From a virus (lineage: Duplodnaviria; Caudoviricetes): a DNA stretch of 64,000 nt. A program made the translations under genes and the position numbers. Below are positions 55,717-63,668 of the stretch, in pieces (position 1 is the first letter of the stretch; each line of letters begins with the position of its first letter). Below the pieces are notes generated by a model. It ran no database searches, was not told the origin of the DNA, and saw only the letters and a program-made list of their open reading frames with translations. The stretch spans positions 32,001 to 96,000 of the IMG/VR virus record IMGVR_UViG_3300005330_000014; one strand, 5' to 3'.

Positions 55717-57261
55717 TTAAATAGTCACTCTATTATACATTTCGTTATTGAGAGTTTCCAATACTTGGTCCAGTGGCGAATACTGACAACCACTAAGTAA
55801 AGTTTTAAATACGCTTGGAGAACTGCCGCTAACAAGCAGAATACCTTTTGCATCAGCCGTGGCTGCACAATTATTTTGTCTAGAATTTACATTCCAAAAT
55901 ACTAATTGAGGCATTTTATATCCAGCCGCCGCATATTTATCTTGAATAGTTTCTAGATTAGTTTTGCCGTTTTGAGGGCTATTAAATTCTACATCAGTAA
56001 TAACAAGAATTTGCGCGGGCATATCTTCCTGTTTGACATTACCTTTTACCGCTTGAATTAAAAGCATATCAAATACTGATTGTAAATTAGTTGAATAAGC
56101 AGGATTTTCTTGCAAACACCGGACTTTTTCTCGAATATTTGCGCCGACAACTTTTTGTAGCACTGGATTGTCTGAATAAGTAATAAAGTAGCCGCCGAAT
56201 GGTCCTTTGTTTTTTTCAGCAGTATAAATACCTAAACTGATAGCAGTTGCCATTGGACGGCCCATCATCGAACCGCTAACATCAACAACAGTTAAAATAT
56301 TTCTAGTTTTATCTTCCATGTAATCAGGAAGTGCATTCCACAAAATATCTAAGGTTTCATCATTATCCCGGGCCATGACTTTTTCAACAATTTCATAAGG
56401 GAAAAGTGCCCCGGCATTAATTTTAGTTTCCCCTTTTTTAACTGCATCAATAAACTTTTGATATCCGGTTTCATCATGCTTCATAAAGGCTTTTTTATAT
56501 CTTAAAGAAGCTTTAGATGGAACAGAGCGATAATTAATATCAGTCCAATGGTTATCTGACATTTTAACTTCAACTACATTAGAATAAGCGCGCAAAGCAG
56601 AAAGAGTTTTACGATATTGTTTAGGAGTCCAACCTAAATAGTGTCTGATTCGCGCCCCTAAAGCACGAGTAATAGTAGAAGAAGTATTTTCACTTGGCAT
56701 CCATTTAGCGCAAGTAGTAATTGGTTTATTGTCATTATACGCTTCTACGTCATTATTAAGAGAAACTTTAATGAATTCAAGTGCTTGATTTGCTACTTTA
56801 GTCCCGAAAAGTACAAATAAATCATCAAATCGACCATAATGAACAATATTACCCAAATTTTGGACTACAATTTCGGGATAATTATCGCCAAGATATTTAA
56901 GAATAATTCGGCAAGTGCGCCGTTCACCTTGTCCGCCGCGAATATTCCGAATATGGAATAACAATTTAATTGAAAGTAGCGGGTCTTCAGCAAAAGACTT
57001 AATAAATAAGTTAACAATATCTTGTTCAGGCCGGGAACGCAAGGCCGCACCCATAGCAAAGAAATCTACTAATGCGTTTAGAGTAGATTTATAAGTTGGC
57101 GCACCGTTTTCAGTCAAAGTCTTATTATCTTCTTTGATCAAACTAGAAAGAAGAGAGTTTGTAACCGGAGCGGCAGGCAATTTAACTTTAACTTTATTTG
57201 CTTTGCGTGGCGCAGTTACAAAATTATTACCAATTTTTTGTTTTTTAGTTGCAGTTTTCAT
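55717..57261 (-). CDS. TROVE/Ro60-like protein with C-terminal vWA domain (DUF2828 type)
   Basis: TENGA..YKST.NALVDFF, F..R.IRGGQGER, KWMPSE, VVDVSGSM MIDAS, ITDVEF, LVFWNV, SGSSP. Confidence 0.88.
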   Translation of the reverse strand: MKTATKKQKIGNNFVTAPRKANKVKVKLPAAPVTNSLLSSLIKEDNKTLTENGAPTYKSTLNALVDFFAMGAALRSRPEQDIVNLFIKSFAEDPLLSIKLLFHIRNIRGGQGERRTCRIILKYLGDNYPEIVVQNLGNIVHYGRFDDLFVLFGTKVANQALEFIKVSLNNDVEAYNDNKPITTCAKWMPSENTSSTITRALGARIRHYLGWTPKQYRKTLSALRAYSNVVEVKMSDNHWTDINYRSVPSKASLRYKKAFMKHDETGYQKFIDAVKKGETKINAGALFPYEIVEKVMARDNDETLDILWNALPDYMEDKTRNILTVVDVSGSMMGRPMATAISLGIYTAEKNKGPFGGYFITYSDNPVLQKVVGANIREKVRCLQENPAYSTNLQSVFDMLLIQAVKGNVKQEDMPAQILVITDVEFNSPQNGKTNLETIQDKYAAAGYKMPQLVFWNVNSRQNNCAATADAKGILLVSGSSPSVFKTLLSGCQYSPLDQVLETLNNEMYNRVTI

Positions 57262-57285
57262 AATTAGTTAGTAGTTAAAAAAGAC

Positions 57286-57336
57286 TAGACAAATTTTGTT
57301 TCTTATCAAGAGAAGTTTAATTACTGGATTTGTCTA
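57286..57336 (-). ncRNA. TROVE-associated hairpin repeat, copy 3
   Basis: TAGACAAA-TCCAGTAA...-TTTGTCTA. Confidence 0.7.
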
Positions 57337-57380
57337 AATTGATAAAGTTAAGGAAATGTTTAGGTATTAGGTAAATAGAC

Positions 57381-57427
57381 TAGATGCAGTTTGTTCCATG
57401 AAAAGGGTTAATTGCTGGATGCATCTA
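57381..57427 (-). ncRNA. TROVE-associated hairpin repeat, copy 2
   Basis: TAGATGCA-TCCAGCAA...AAAC-TGCATCTA. Confidence 0.7.
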
Positions 57428-57497
57428 AATTGAGAAAGTTTAAAGAGGTTATTTAGCTATAGCTTATAGTTTATATAATTTCAGAATTTAAAAATAC

Positions 57498-57548
57498 GAG
57501 ATTCAGTTTTTTCTTTACGTAGAAGATTTTGTTTGCTGGATGAATCTC
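57498..57548 (-). ncRNA. TROVE-associated hairpin repeat, copy 1
   Basis: GAGATTCA-TCCAGCAA...AAAC-TGAATCTC. Confidence 0.7.
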
Positions 57549-57574
57549 TGACCTATGACACAATGAAGGATTTT

Positions 57575-57602
57575 AGATTAGCATCTATTCCGCGATAGTC
57601 AA
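57575..57602 (-). promoter_or_regulatory. Sigma-70-type promoter for the hairpin-array/TROVE transcript
   Basis: TTGACT-N16-TAATCT with extended TG. Confidence 0.8.
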
Positions 57603-57659
57603 GTTTTTTCTGAAATTATTTTTTCTTGGGTTGTTTTAGTTACTTCTTTTTGACACTTA

Positions 57660-58013
57660 CTAAGAATGTCCGCCGGAATCAGTACGAAAAACTGAATAAA
57701 CACCTTCACTACGATATTTAATCAATACTTCCGTTTGATTTTCAAGATATTCTTGTAATACAGGAATCAATGATTCATCCTCCACGGTGAAATCAAAGGG
57801 TTGGATACCAACCGTTCCGCTGCCGCCACTCATGCCGCCGCGAATTAGTTGTCCTTCCCAAGTATCACAAAGAATTCCACTCTTATTTAATCGTACAATT
57901 TGCCCAATTTTTTCGCCTTGGGATGGATTATTTAGACCACAGCCGCCCAAAGACATAGCGATTGTAGTAATTGACAGGATTAGGGATAGCAACGTTAGTT
58001 TATTGATTTTCAT
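57660..58013 (-). CDS. Lipoprotein; probable frameshifted C-terminus extending to 57640
   Basis: LGG/C lipobox; paralog of 48526-48909. Confidence 0.72.
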   Translation of the reverse strand: MKINKLTLLSLILSITTIAMSLGGCGLNNPSQGEKIGQIVRLNKSGILCDTWEGQLIRGGMSGGSGTVGIQPFDFTVEDESLIPVLQEYLENQTEVLIKYRSEGVYSVFRTDSGGHS

Positions 58014-58040
58014 ACTGGTTATTTGTTTGTTTGGTTTTGG

Positions 58041-58355
58041 TTAGTTATTTACTGATTTATTACTGGCACTGACATTATTTATACTTTTAGTTACTTTAGT
58101 TTCATTTAACTGATATTGAGCCGGGGAGTAAATCGACTTATATACATAAGTTATTTCTTTTTCTTCCTTATCTAGCCAAACGTAAATATATAATTTTTCG
58201 GTTGGATTATAATAGTAATACCGCCCGGGGCCATTATCTAACTTAATTACTTCTGCCCCGTAGACATTAGGCCCGTGAGCCAATGCTATAACAATAAGCA
58301 ACGTAAGAGGAAATAATATCATCCAGAAAAGTAATTGTAATTTTTCTATTTTCAT
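58041..58355 (-). CDS. Secreted/membrane-anchored hypothetical protein
   Basis: N-terminal hydrophobic segment. Confidence 0.65.
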   Translation of the reverse strand: MKIEKLQLLFWMILFPLTLLIVIALAHGPNVYGAEVIKLDNGPGRYYYYNPTEKLYIYVWLDKEEKEITYVYKSIYSPAQYQLNETKVTKSINNVSASNKSVNN

Positions 58356-58537
58356 TCTGGTTCTTCTCCTGAAAAAATATCAAATTGATCACTTTCTGAT
58401 TCACCGCCAAAAAATTCTTCTAATTCCCGTTTGGTTTCTTCATCATCTAAAACTTCACGGAATTTCTTTGGTTTAGTTATTTCTCGCTTGCCCTTGAAAT
58501 GTTTCTTTTCTTCTTTATATGGCTTTTCGTCTCGCAT
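58352..58537 (-). CDS. Small charged hypothetical protein
   Basis: Packed ORF. Confidence 0.55.
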   Translation of the reverse strand: MRDEKPYKEEKKHFKGKREITKPKKFREVLDDEETKRELEEFFGGESESDQFDIFSGEEPE

Positions 58538-58756
58538 AACTTTAATTAGTTAATTATTGGAATTTTAAATATTTGTCAAATGTTTCAAACGCGCAGCCCT
58601 CATTTTCTCGTGAAATACAGTAATTTTATTGATAGATTTTTGAATTAAGGATCGGTGCATGTGTTTTGCTAAATGCCCGTAACCATTGCGCAAATACAAT
58701 GGTTTATTTGGGATTAGTTCGATAGTGTTCGCGTGCATTTTTAATCCTTAAATGAT

Positions 58757-58933
58757 TTAAATAATTTTAGTTCTGTGCCACTGATTACAATAAGGACATT
58801 TATAAAATCGTTGCCCTTTTTAATAAGCAGATTCTTCGTTTGGGTAAGCAGTTTTACGCCCACAGGTTTTAAATTGTTTTAGTAATTTCCTTGTTTCTTT
58901 GACTTTAGAAAAAGAAAAATATTTATTGCTCAT
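58757..58933 (-). pseudogene. Small Zn-finger gene interrupted by in-frame TAA (58820-58822)
   Basis: ...CGRKTAYPNEESAY*KGQRFYKCPYCNQWHRTKII. Confidence 0.55.
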
Positions 58934-58934
58934 G

Positions 58935-59567
58935 CTATACTGACTTTATTGAAACGGGCCAAACATAATCTCCCCGGGGATTTTCTTTAAAGTGTCCGTA
59001 ATGATTCTTATCATAAACCTTGATTTTGTTTTTGTCAATAAATTTTTTCAATTTCAAAACATCGCCATAATCTAATTGATTTTTTACTTTTCCAAAATTT
59101 TCTTTAAGCCAATTGTTTATATTTCTTAGTTTAAGATGTTTTTTGATAGCCGCGCAGTAAATATCAGCAAATCCTTTTTTCTTTAAGTTAGATCGCATAC
59201 CTGAAATTATATCAGGACGACCCCACCAAGCAGGATTTTGATAGTTTCTTATATAATTAGGCCAGTTAGATTGTTTTTTCTTAAATTCGTTAAGAATTAC
59301 CCAAGCTTTGTTATATATTTGACTATTTTTAGCTATATCGCGATTTTGACACTCGCGCCAAATACTAGTTATATATCTAAATAGCGTAACCTCATGACTA
59401 ATCCATTGTTTGACTGTAGGATGGTTGCGCCACGGATTTTTCTTATTATTAACCAATATATCTAAAATTTGGTAATTTTCTAAAAGCATTTTAAAAAGTC
59501 TTTTTCCGTCAAGTAGCCGCGCGGACTTTTTAAGATCATAAGAATAATCACAAATAAAGCTTTGCAT
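58935..59567 (-). CDS. Pyrimidine-dimer DNA glycosylase (endonuclease V / MSMEG_6728-like)
   Basis: MQSF...SA..LD.KRL.K...E..QIL....W.NHP.V..W. Confidence 0.75.
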   Translation of the reverse strand: MQSFICDYSYDLKKSARLLDGKRLFKMLLENYQILDILVNNKKNPWRNHPTVKQWISHEVTLFRYITSIWRECQNRDIAKNSQIYNKAWVILNEFKKKQSNWPNYIRNYQNPAWWGRPDIISGMRSNLKKKGFADIYCAAIKKHLKLRNINNWLKENFGKVKNQLDYGDVLKLKKFIDKNKIKVYDKNHYGHFKENPRGDYVWPVSIKSV

Positions 59568-59624
59568 AAGAATTTAATTTAATAATTTAAAAAATGAATT
59601 ATTAGATCGAGTAGTCTGGGAATG

Positions 59625-59652
59625 AGAATAACACCCGTTTATAAAGAGTCAA
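59625..59652 (-). promoter_or_regulatory. Sigma-70-type promoter
   Basis: TTGACT-N16-TATTCT with extended TG. Confidence 0.7.
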
Positions 59653-59660
59653 GATTTATT

Positions 59661-59834
59661 TTAAAATTTCCTCAACGATTCGTGTTCAGCTCCATAATAT
59701 CCCGCCAACCAGCATCTATACTCCTTAGAATTAACTTTATAAGGATTATATGATTTAGGTAATTGTTCTAGACAAGCGTTATATCCGCCGGAATAAGCGT
59801 TGCCCGCAGGACGATCAATAAATTCAGTTAACAT
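59661..59834 (-). CDS. Rmf/CrpP-fold small protein (ribosome modulation factor-like)
   Basis: Manual 57-aa ORF: NAYSGGYNAC......NPY........WLAGY. Confidence 0.55.
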   Translation of the reverse strand: MLTEFIDRPAGNAYSGGYNACLEQLPKSYNPYKVNSKEYRCWLAGYYGAEHESLRKF

Positions 59835-59882
59835 AGTACATAGTATTTAGAGTTTAATACTGAATGAAGATTTGGCTTAATA

Positions 59883-60635
59883 TTAATATTTATATTTAAT
59901 TAAATTTTGCCTGAAATCTTTAATACCATCTCTATTATATTTAGGCAATTCAATTAAAGGATTTGGGGTATTATTGTCGTCTCGGATTTCAATCGGGCAA
60001 AAGGAAAGCCTAATAAAAGTTCTAACTACGTTGTTCGGTATTTTTGGGCGACGATGAACAATATAAGGGTCAAAGCAATAAATCATATTATTCCTCATTC
60101 TTTTTATAAATTCAAATCCATCAATTCTGTCTTGAAAATATAAATGAATATTATAAATGGAAGGATCAAAATCCGCCGGAATTTCAAAAGTCCGTTGCAC
60201 ATACTCGGTGGGATATACGTTAGACCAACAATAATTTTGTTCGGGCAAATGGTTAATGTTTAAAGAAAATCCATCCACATGCCATTCGTCATCGTTAATA
60301 GATTCAACTACTCCATGCCTCACCGTTAGATAGCAAAATGGATGTTTTATTTTGACAACATTTTTTTGATATTGGTAGCATTTTTCTACAAAAGATTTAA
60401 GCCACGCGCAGCCAGTAGGAAATTGAAAATCTCCAAAAGGCTGTTTAATTAACATTCTTAAGATATATTGTTTAGAAAAAGGACAATTTAGTTCAATTCT
60501 ACCCACTTTTTCTAGAGTGTTTAAGTAAGAATATTGCTTAAGATTTAAGGCGTGCAAGCCACGGGCAGCAATGGTATTCGCGTGAAACATTTTTATTTTT
60601 ATTTTTTTAAGTAATTCTCCAAAAAGTGCGCCCAC
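59883..60635 (-). CDS. 2OG-Fe(II) dioxygenase-like protein
   Basis: WHVDG (HxD), VHRRP (distal H), RTFIRLSF (R). Confidence 0.65.
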   Translation of the reverse strand: MGALFGELLKKIKIKMFHANTIAARGLHALNLKQYSYLNTLEKVGRIELNCPFSKQYILRMLIKQPFGDFQFPTGCAWLKSFVEKCYQYQKNVVKIKHPFCYLTVRHGVVESINDDEWHVDGFSLNINHLPEQNYCWSNVYPTEYVQRTFEIPADFDPSIYNIHLYFQDRIDGFEFIKRMRNNMIYCFDPYIVHRRPKIPNNVVRTFIRLSFCPIEIRDDNNTPNPLIELPKYNRDGIKDFRQNLIKYKY

Positions 60636-60820
60636 TTTACTTTGGCAAGAACAGCGTCTTTATAATCTTTAAACCCATCGTAAAATCCGGGGCAATTGGG
60701 ATGAAGGGGAAAGGCGGTAGAAGAAATTGGTTGACATTCGCTAATATATCTATTCCCAAAATTCATTGCTATTAAAAGCTTTGGATTTTGAACATCTTCT
60801 ATAGCTAGAATAAAGTTCAT
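60599..60820 (-). CDS. Hypothetical protein
   Basis: Packed ORF. Confidence 0.55.
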   Translation of the reverse strand: MNFILAIEDVQNPKLLIAMNFGNRYISECQPISSTAFPLHPNCPGFYDGFKDYKDAVLAKVKWAHFLENYLKK

Positions 60821-60844
60821 TAACTTTTAAGATTCTTTAATACT

Positions 60845-61348
60845 TTAAACAGGATCAGTAATCAAAATACCTAAATTGTGATTTATTTCATGCAAAATTG
60901 TGAAAGAGCCCGAATATCTATCAACTTTAGTTTCAACAATCTTTTCACATTCAATTGTATAGTATTCTAAATCAATAAACTCTTTTCTAATAACTGGAAT
61001 AGGCTTTTCTAAAGTTAATGATCCACAATTGGATAACGTTTTGATTTCCTCTCCATATTCTTTAGTTATTTTAGGATTAATCATTACTACTGCGCGGCCT
61101 TCACGCATAACTGCAATAATATTAAAAGGAACCCCAGCGTTTGCCCCGGACCAACCATGAGGCTTTTTGTAACCTTTTTTCTCGGCTCGCGCAGCCCAAG
61201 CAATTTCGTCACAACATACTTGAATAATATGACGATAACTTAAGCTTGTTTTAAGTAATCTAATATTAACATCAAATAGCCGCCGCGTCAGAATATCCTT
61301 ATCTTCAGGATTTTTAATATGAGTACAATAATCAGAATGAGTAAACAT
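60845..61348 (-). CDS. def: Divergent peptide deformylase
   Basis: MINPKI, C..SL, HEINHNLGILI; motifs 1 and 2 non-canonical. Confidence 0.7.
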   Translation of the reverse strand: MFTHSDYCTHIKNPEDKDILTRRLFDVNIRLLKTSLSYRHIIQVCCDEIAWAARAEKKGYKKPHGWSGANAGVPFNIIAVMREGRAVVMINPKITKEYGEEIKTLSNCGSLTLEKPIPVIRKEFIDLEYYTIECEKIVETKVDRYSGSFTILHEINHNLGILITDPV

Positions 61349-61352
61349 GACT

Positions 61353-61820
61353 TTAACTTTTTAATAATTCAGGATTCATATGGATATTACCAATGATTTC
61401 TTCATCTTCTCTTGCGGATTGGCAACCTGTGAATTGATTATCGAATACTGTGATTCTAGGCCAACGATTTTGTTCAAGATTTCTAATTATTAACTGATAT
61501 TTATCATATCCAACGACCCCTTTCATTTTTTTACCAAATTTGCCGTGCCCCGAACTATGATTTTGAAAAGTTACTATATCATTCTCATAAATCTCCGCGC
61601 CATTCTTATCATATAAACCAGTAAATTGATCCCGGCGGACTTCGTTCATATTTTCAAACCAATGAGATGGGATTGTTCCGTCGCTATCTATTTTGAAATC
61701 ACTAACTTCACTGCTATAACGCCACCCAAGCTCAGTCAAATATTCATATCCAAAAATTTCACCTTTATAGATAACACGGAATTTAACCACGCGTTTGTTG
61801 GCTTGTTTGTCAGTTTTCAT
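61353..61820 (-). CDS. YopX-family protein
   Basis: KFR...QFTGLYDKNG.EIYE.DIV...EIIGNIH.NPELL. Confidence 0.88.
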   Translation of the reverse strand: MKTDKQANKRVVKFRVIYKGEIFGYEYLTELGWRYSSEVSDFKIDSDGTIPSHWFENMNEVRRDQFTGLYDKNGAEIYENDIVTFQNHSSGHGKFGKKMKGVVGYDKYQLIIRNLEQNRWPRITVFDNQFTGCQSAREDEEIIGNIHMNPELLKS

Positions 61821-61837
61821 AATATTATTATATTAGA

Positions 61838-62572
61838 CTAATTAACTAAATGTGCATATTCCATGCCTAAAGTTTCTACTCTATCTTCCTTATCTATCTT
61901 TCCTTTCCTTTTTGTTTCTTTAGAATCTTTAATTTCGTCTTTAATCCCGTTTGTAAGGACATACTTATCTCCAAGTAAATATTCTTGTAGTTCTTCATCG
62001 ACTAACGCGTGCCAGATTTTACACGAGGCATGACTTGGCGCGGTTCCGCTAGACATAAAATAAAATGGAAAAATGCGACTTGGCGCGGCCAAATACACTT
62101 TTGGATTCAGGGGATAGTTATGAGTAACCCAAATAACATCTTTTCTAATTGTCGGGCACCACATTGCATACAAAATCGGGGTACTGTAATCAATTTGCGA
62201 ATATTGCGTAGGCGTTCCAGCAAGATAAATATTTATTTTAGCGCGACTGGCAAAATAAGCCGCCGCCGCGAATAAATCTTGAAAATATTGCTTTAATTGG
62301 TAATTTGCCGGGCCATCAAAATAGCTAGTTAAAACATCATATATTTCTTGCACTGAACGGTTGCGTCCATACCCGTTTTTAGTATCTGTAACTAAAGCTC
62401 CATTTTCATTCACCGTATCATACATCAAGTTATAGCTACTAAAAAAATTAATTAAAAATTGCACAGGGTCGCGCGGATAATCGTCGGGCAAGCCTTTGAG
62501 TTTTAATCCCGGCACGCGGGCCGTTTCGTTGAATAACTTAACTAATTCGTTGAATTTATTTTCAGCACTCAT
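61838..62572 (-). CDS. Hypothetical protein (tandem paralog A)
   Basis: LVKLFNE..R..GL.L.G, NRSVQEIY..LTSYF. Confidence 0.75.
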   Translation of the reverse strand: MSAENKFNELVKLFNETARVPGLKLKGLPDDYPRDPVQFLINFFSSYNLMYDTVNENGALVTDTKNGYGRNRSVQEIYDVLTSYFDGPANYQLKQYFQDLFAAAAYFASRAKINIYLAGTPTQYSQIDYSTPILYAMWCPTIRKDVIWVTHNYPLNPKVYLAAPSRIFPFYFMSSGTAPSHASCKIWHALVDEELQEYLLGDKYVLTNGIKDEIKDSKETKRKGKIDKEDRVETLGMEYAHLVN

Positions 62573-62621
62573 AAATGAAAAAATTGATATTAATACTTGC
62601 TATTACTGTTTTATTTTATTA

Positions 62622-63248
62622 TTATTTAGCAGCTATACCTATATACTTATTACCTACCAATAATTTTTGAATATCTTCATCATACATCAATTTCCAGATT
62701 TTACCGCTGGAGCTTTCACTATCCAAATTACGCGTGACAATAGAATCACTCACAAAGTGAATGGGGAAGGTATTTGTCGGAACGCCGAAATGTTGGGGCC
62801 ATCTGTTACCCCGATAACTAAAAATATTTCTCTGAATATCGGGGCACCAAAAACATTTAAGATGCAGAGATTGGATTATCGGAGTCCCATCTGTATATCC
62901 TATCTCTGCATCTCGTTTATTAACTATATAAACTAGCTCATAAATATCTTTAAAATACTGTTCCAAACTATAATCTTTGAAATAAGAAGTCAGAATGAAA
63001 TAAATTTCTTGAACGGAACGATTCTTGACCGGGCCACCATTTCTAATATCCGTAACTATCTCTCCATGTCTATTAAGTGTAGGATTAGCAACATTATATT
63101 TATTAAAAAATTCAATTAGAAATTCTACAGGGGTAATGGGGAACGCATTTGGATCATTTGGATCAACTCCCTGCAACGTCAAACCCTCCATGCGGGGGAC
63201 TTCATTAAACAGCTTAATTAGTAATTCGTATTTTTGCGTAGTGTTCAT
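62622..63248 (-). CDS. Hypothetical protein (tandem paralog B)
   Basis: LIKLFNE..R..GL.L.G, NRSVQEIY..LTSYF. Confidence 0.75.
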   Translation of the reverse strand: MNTTQKYELLIKLFNEVPRMEGLTLQGVDPNDPNAFPITPVEFLIEFFNKYNVANPTLNRHGEIVTDIRNGGPVKNRSVQEIYFILTSYFKDYSLEQYFKDIYELVYIVNKRDAEIGYTDGTPIIQSLHLKCFWCPDIQRNIFSYRGNRWPQHFGVPTNTFPIHFVSDSIVTRNLDSESSSGKIWKLMYDEDIQKLLVGNKYIGIAAK

Positions 63249-63272
63249 TTTGAATTATTTTTTAATTATTTA

Positions 63273-63476
63273 TTATTTGTTATGACTTTTAATCACTTCG
63301 ATTCCATTATGATTCTTTAGTCCAATTAATTCGGCCATTTCTTGACGTAAAATCCGGCGGTTATCAGGTCCATCGGCGGACGCAATAGATAAATATTTGG
63401 TAAGAAAGAATTTCAATCTTAATAAGTTACTGTATTCATCCTGTGATATTTGAATAGTTGAATTATCAGCGCTCAT
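63273..63476 (-). CDS. Hypothetical protein
   Basis: Co-oriented ORF. Confidence 0.6.
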   Translation of the reverse strand: MSADNSTIQISQDEYSNLLRLKFFLTKYLSIASADGPDNRRILRQEMAELIGLKNHNGIEVIKSHNK

Positions 63477-63668
63477 TCGTATTGCTATTAATTTATTTTA
63501 TTTACTGGAATGGTTGCAAATCTTTTAACTTAACAAAACATTTAATAGCAACAACGTGTGACCCAAGGCGGCGGCGAAAACAACGAGAATCCCCGCGACC
63601 GCATTGAGGGCAAATCGCGCGCCATGTTTTAGATTTTGGATCGTAAATTGAATTAGCTGATGTAGCAT

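Noticed and set aside
13394-57280. GTTAG/CTAAC repeats as integron attC sites
   Set aside because: They are simple AACT tandem tracts, without RYYYAAC...GTTRRRY palindromes or an integron integrase
756-63285. Many opposite-strand or nested ORFs in the track (for example 756-1088, 13448-13633, 14862-15269, 15299-15790, 17699-18010, 28783-29265, 28835-29125, 40421-40783, 49667-50086, 57787-58044)
   Set aside because: They are shadows of better-supported genes, often of Lys/Ala-rich ones, with no motifs or expression signals
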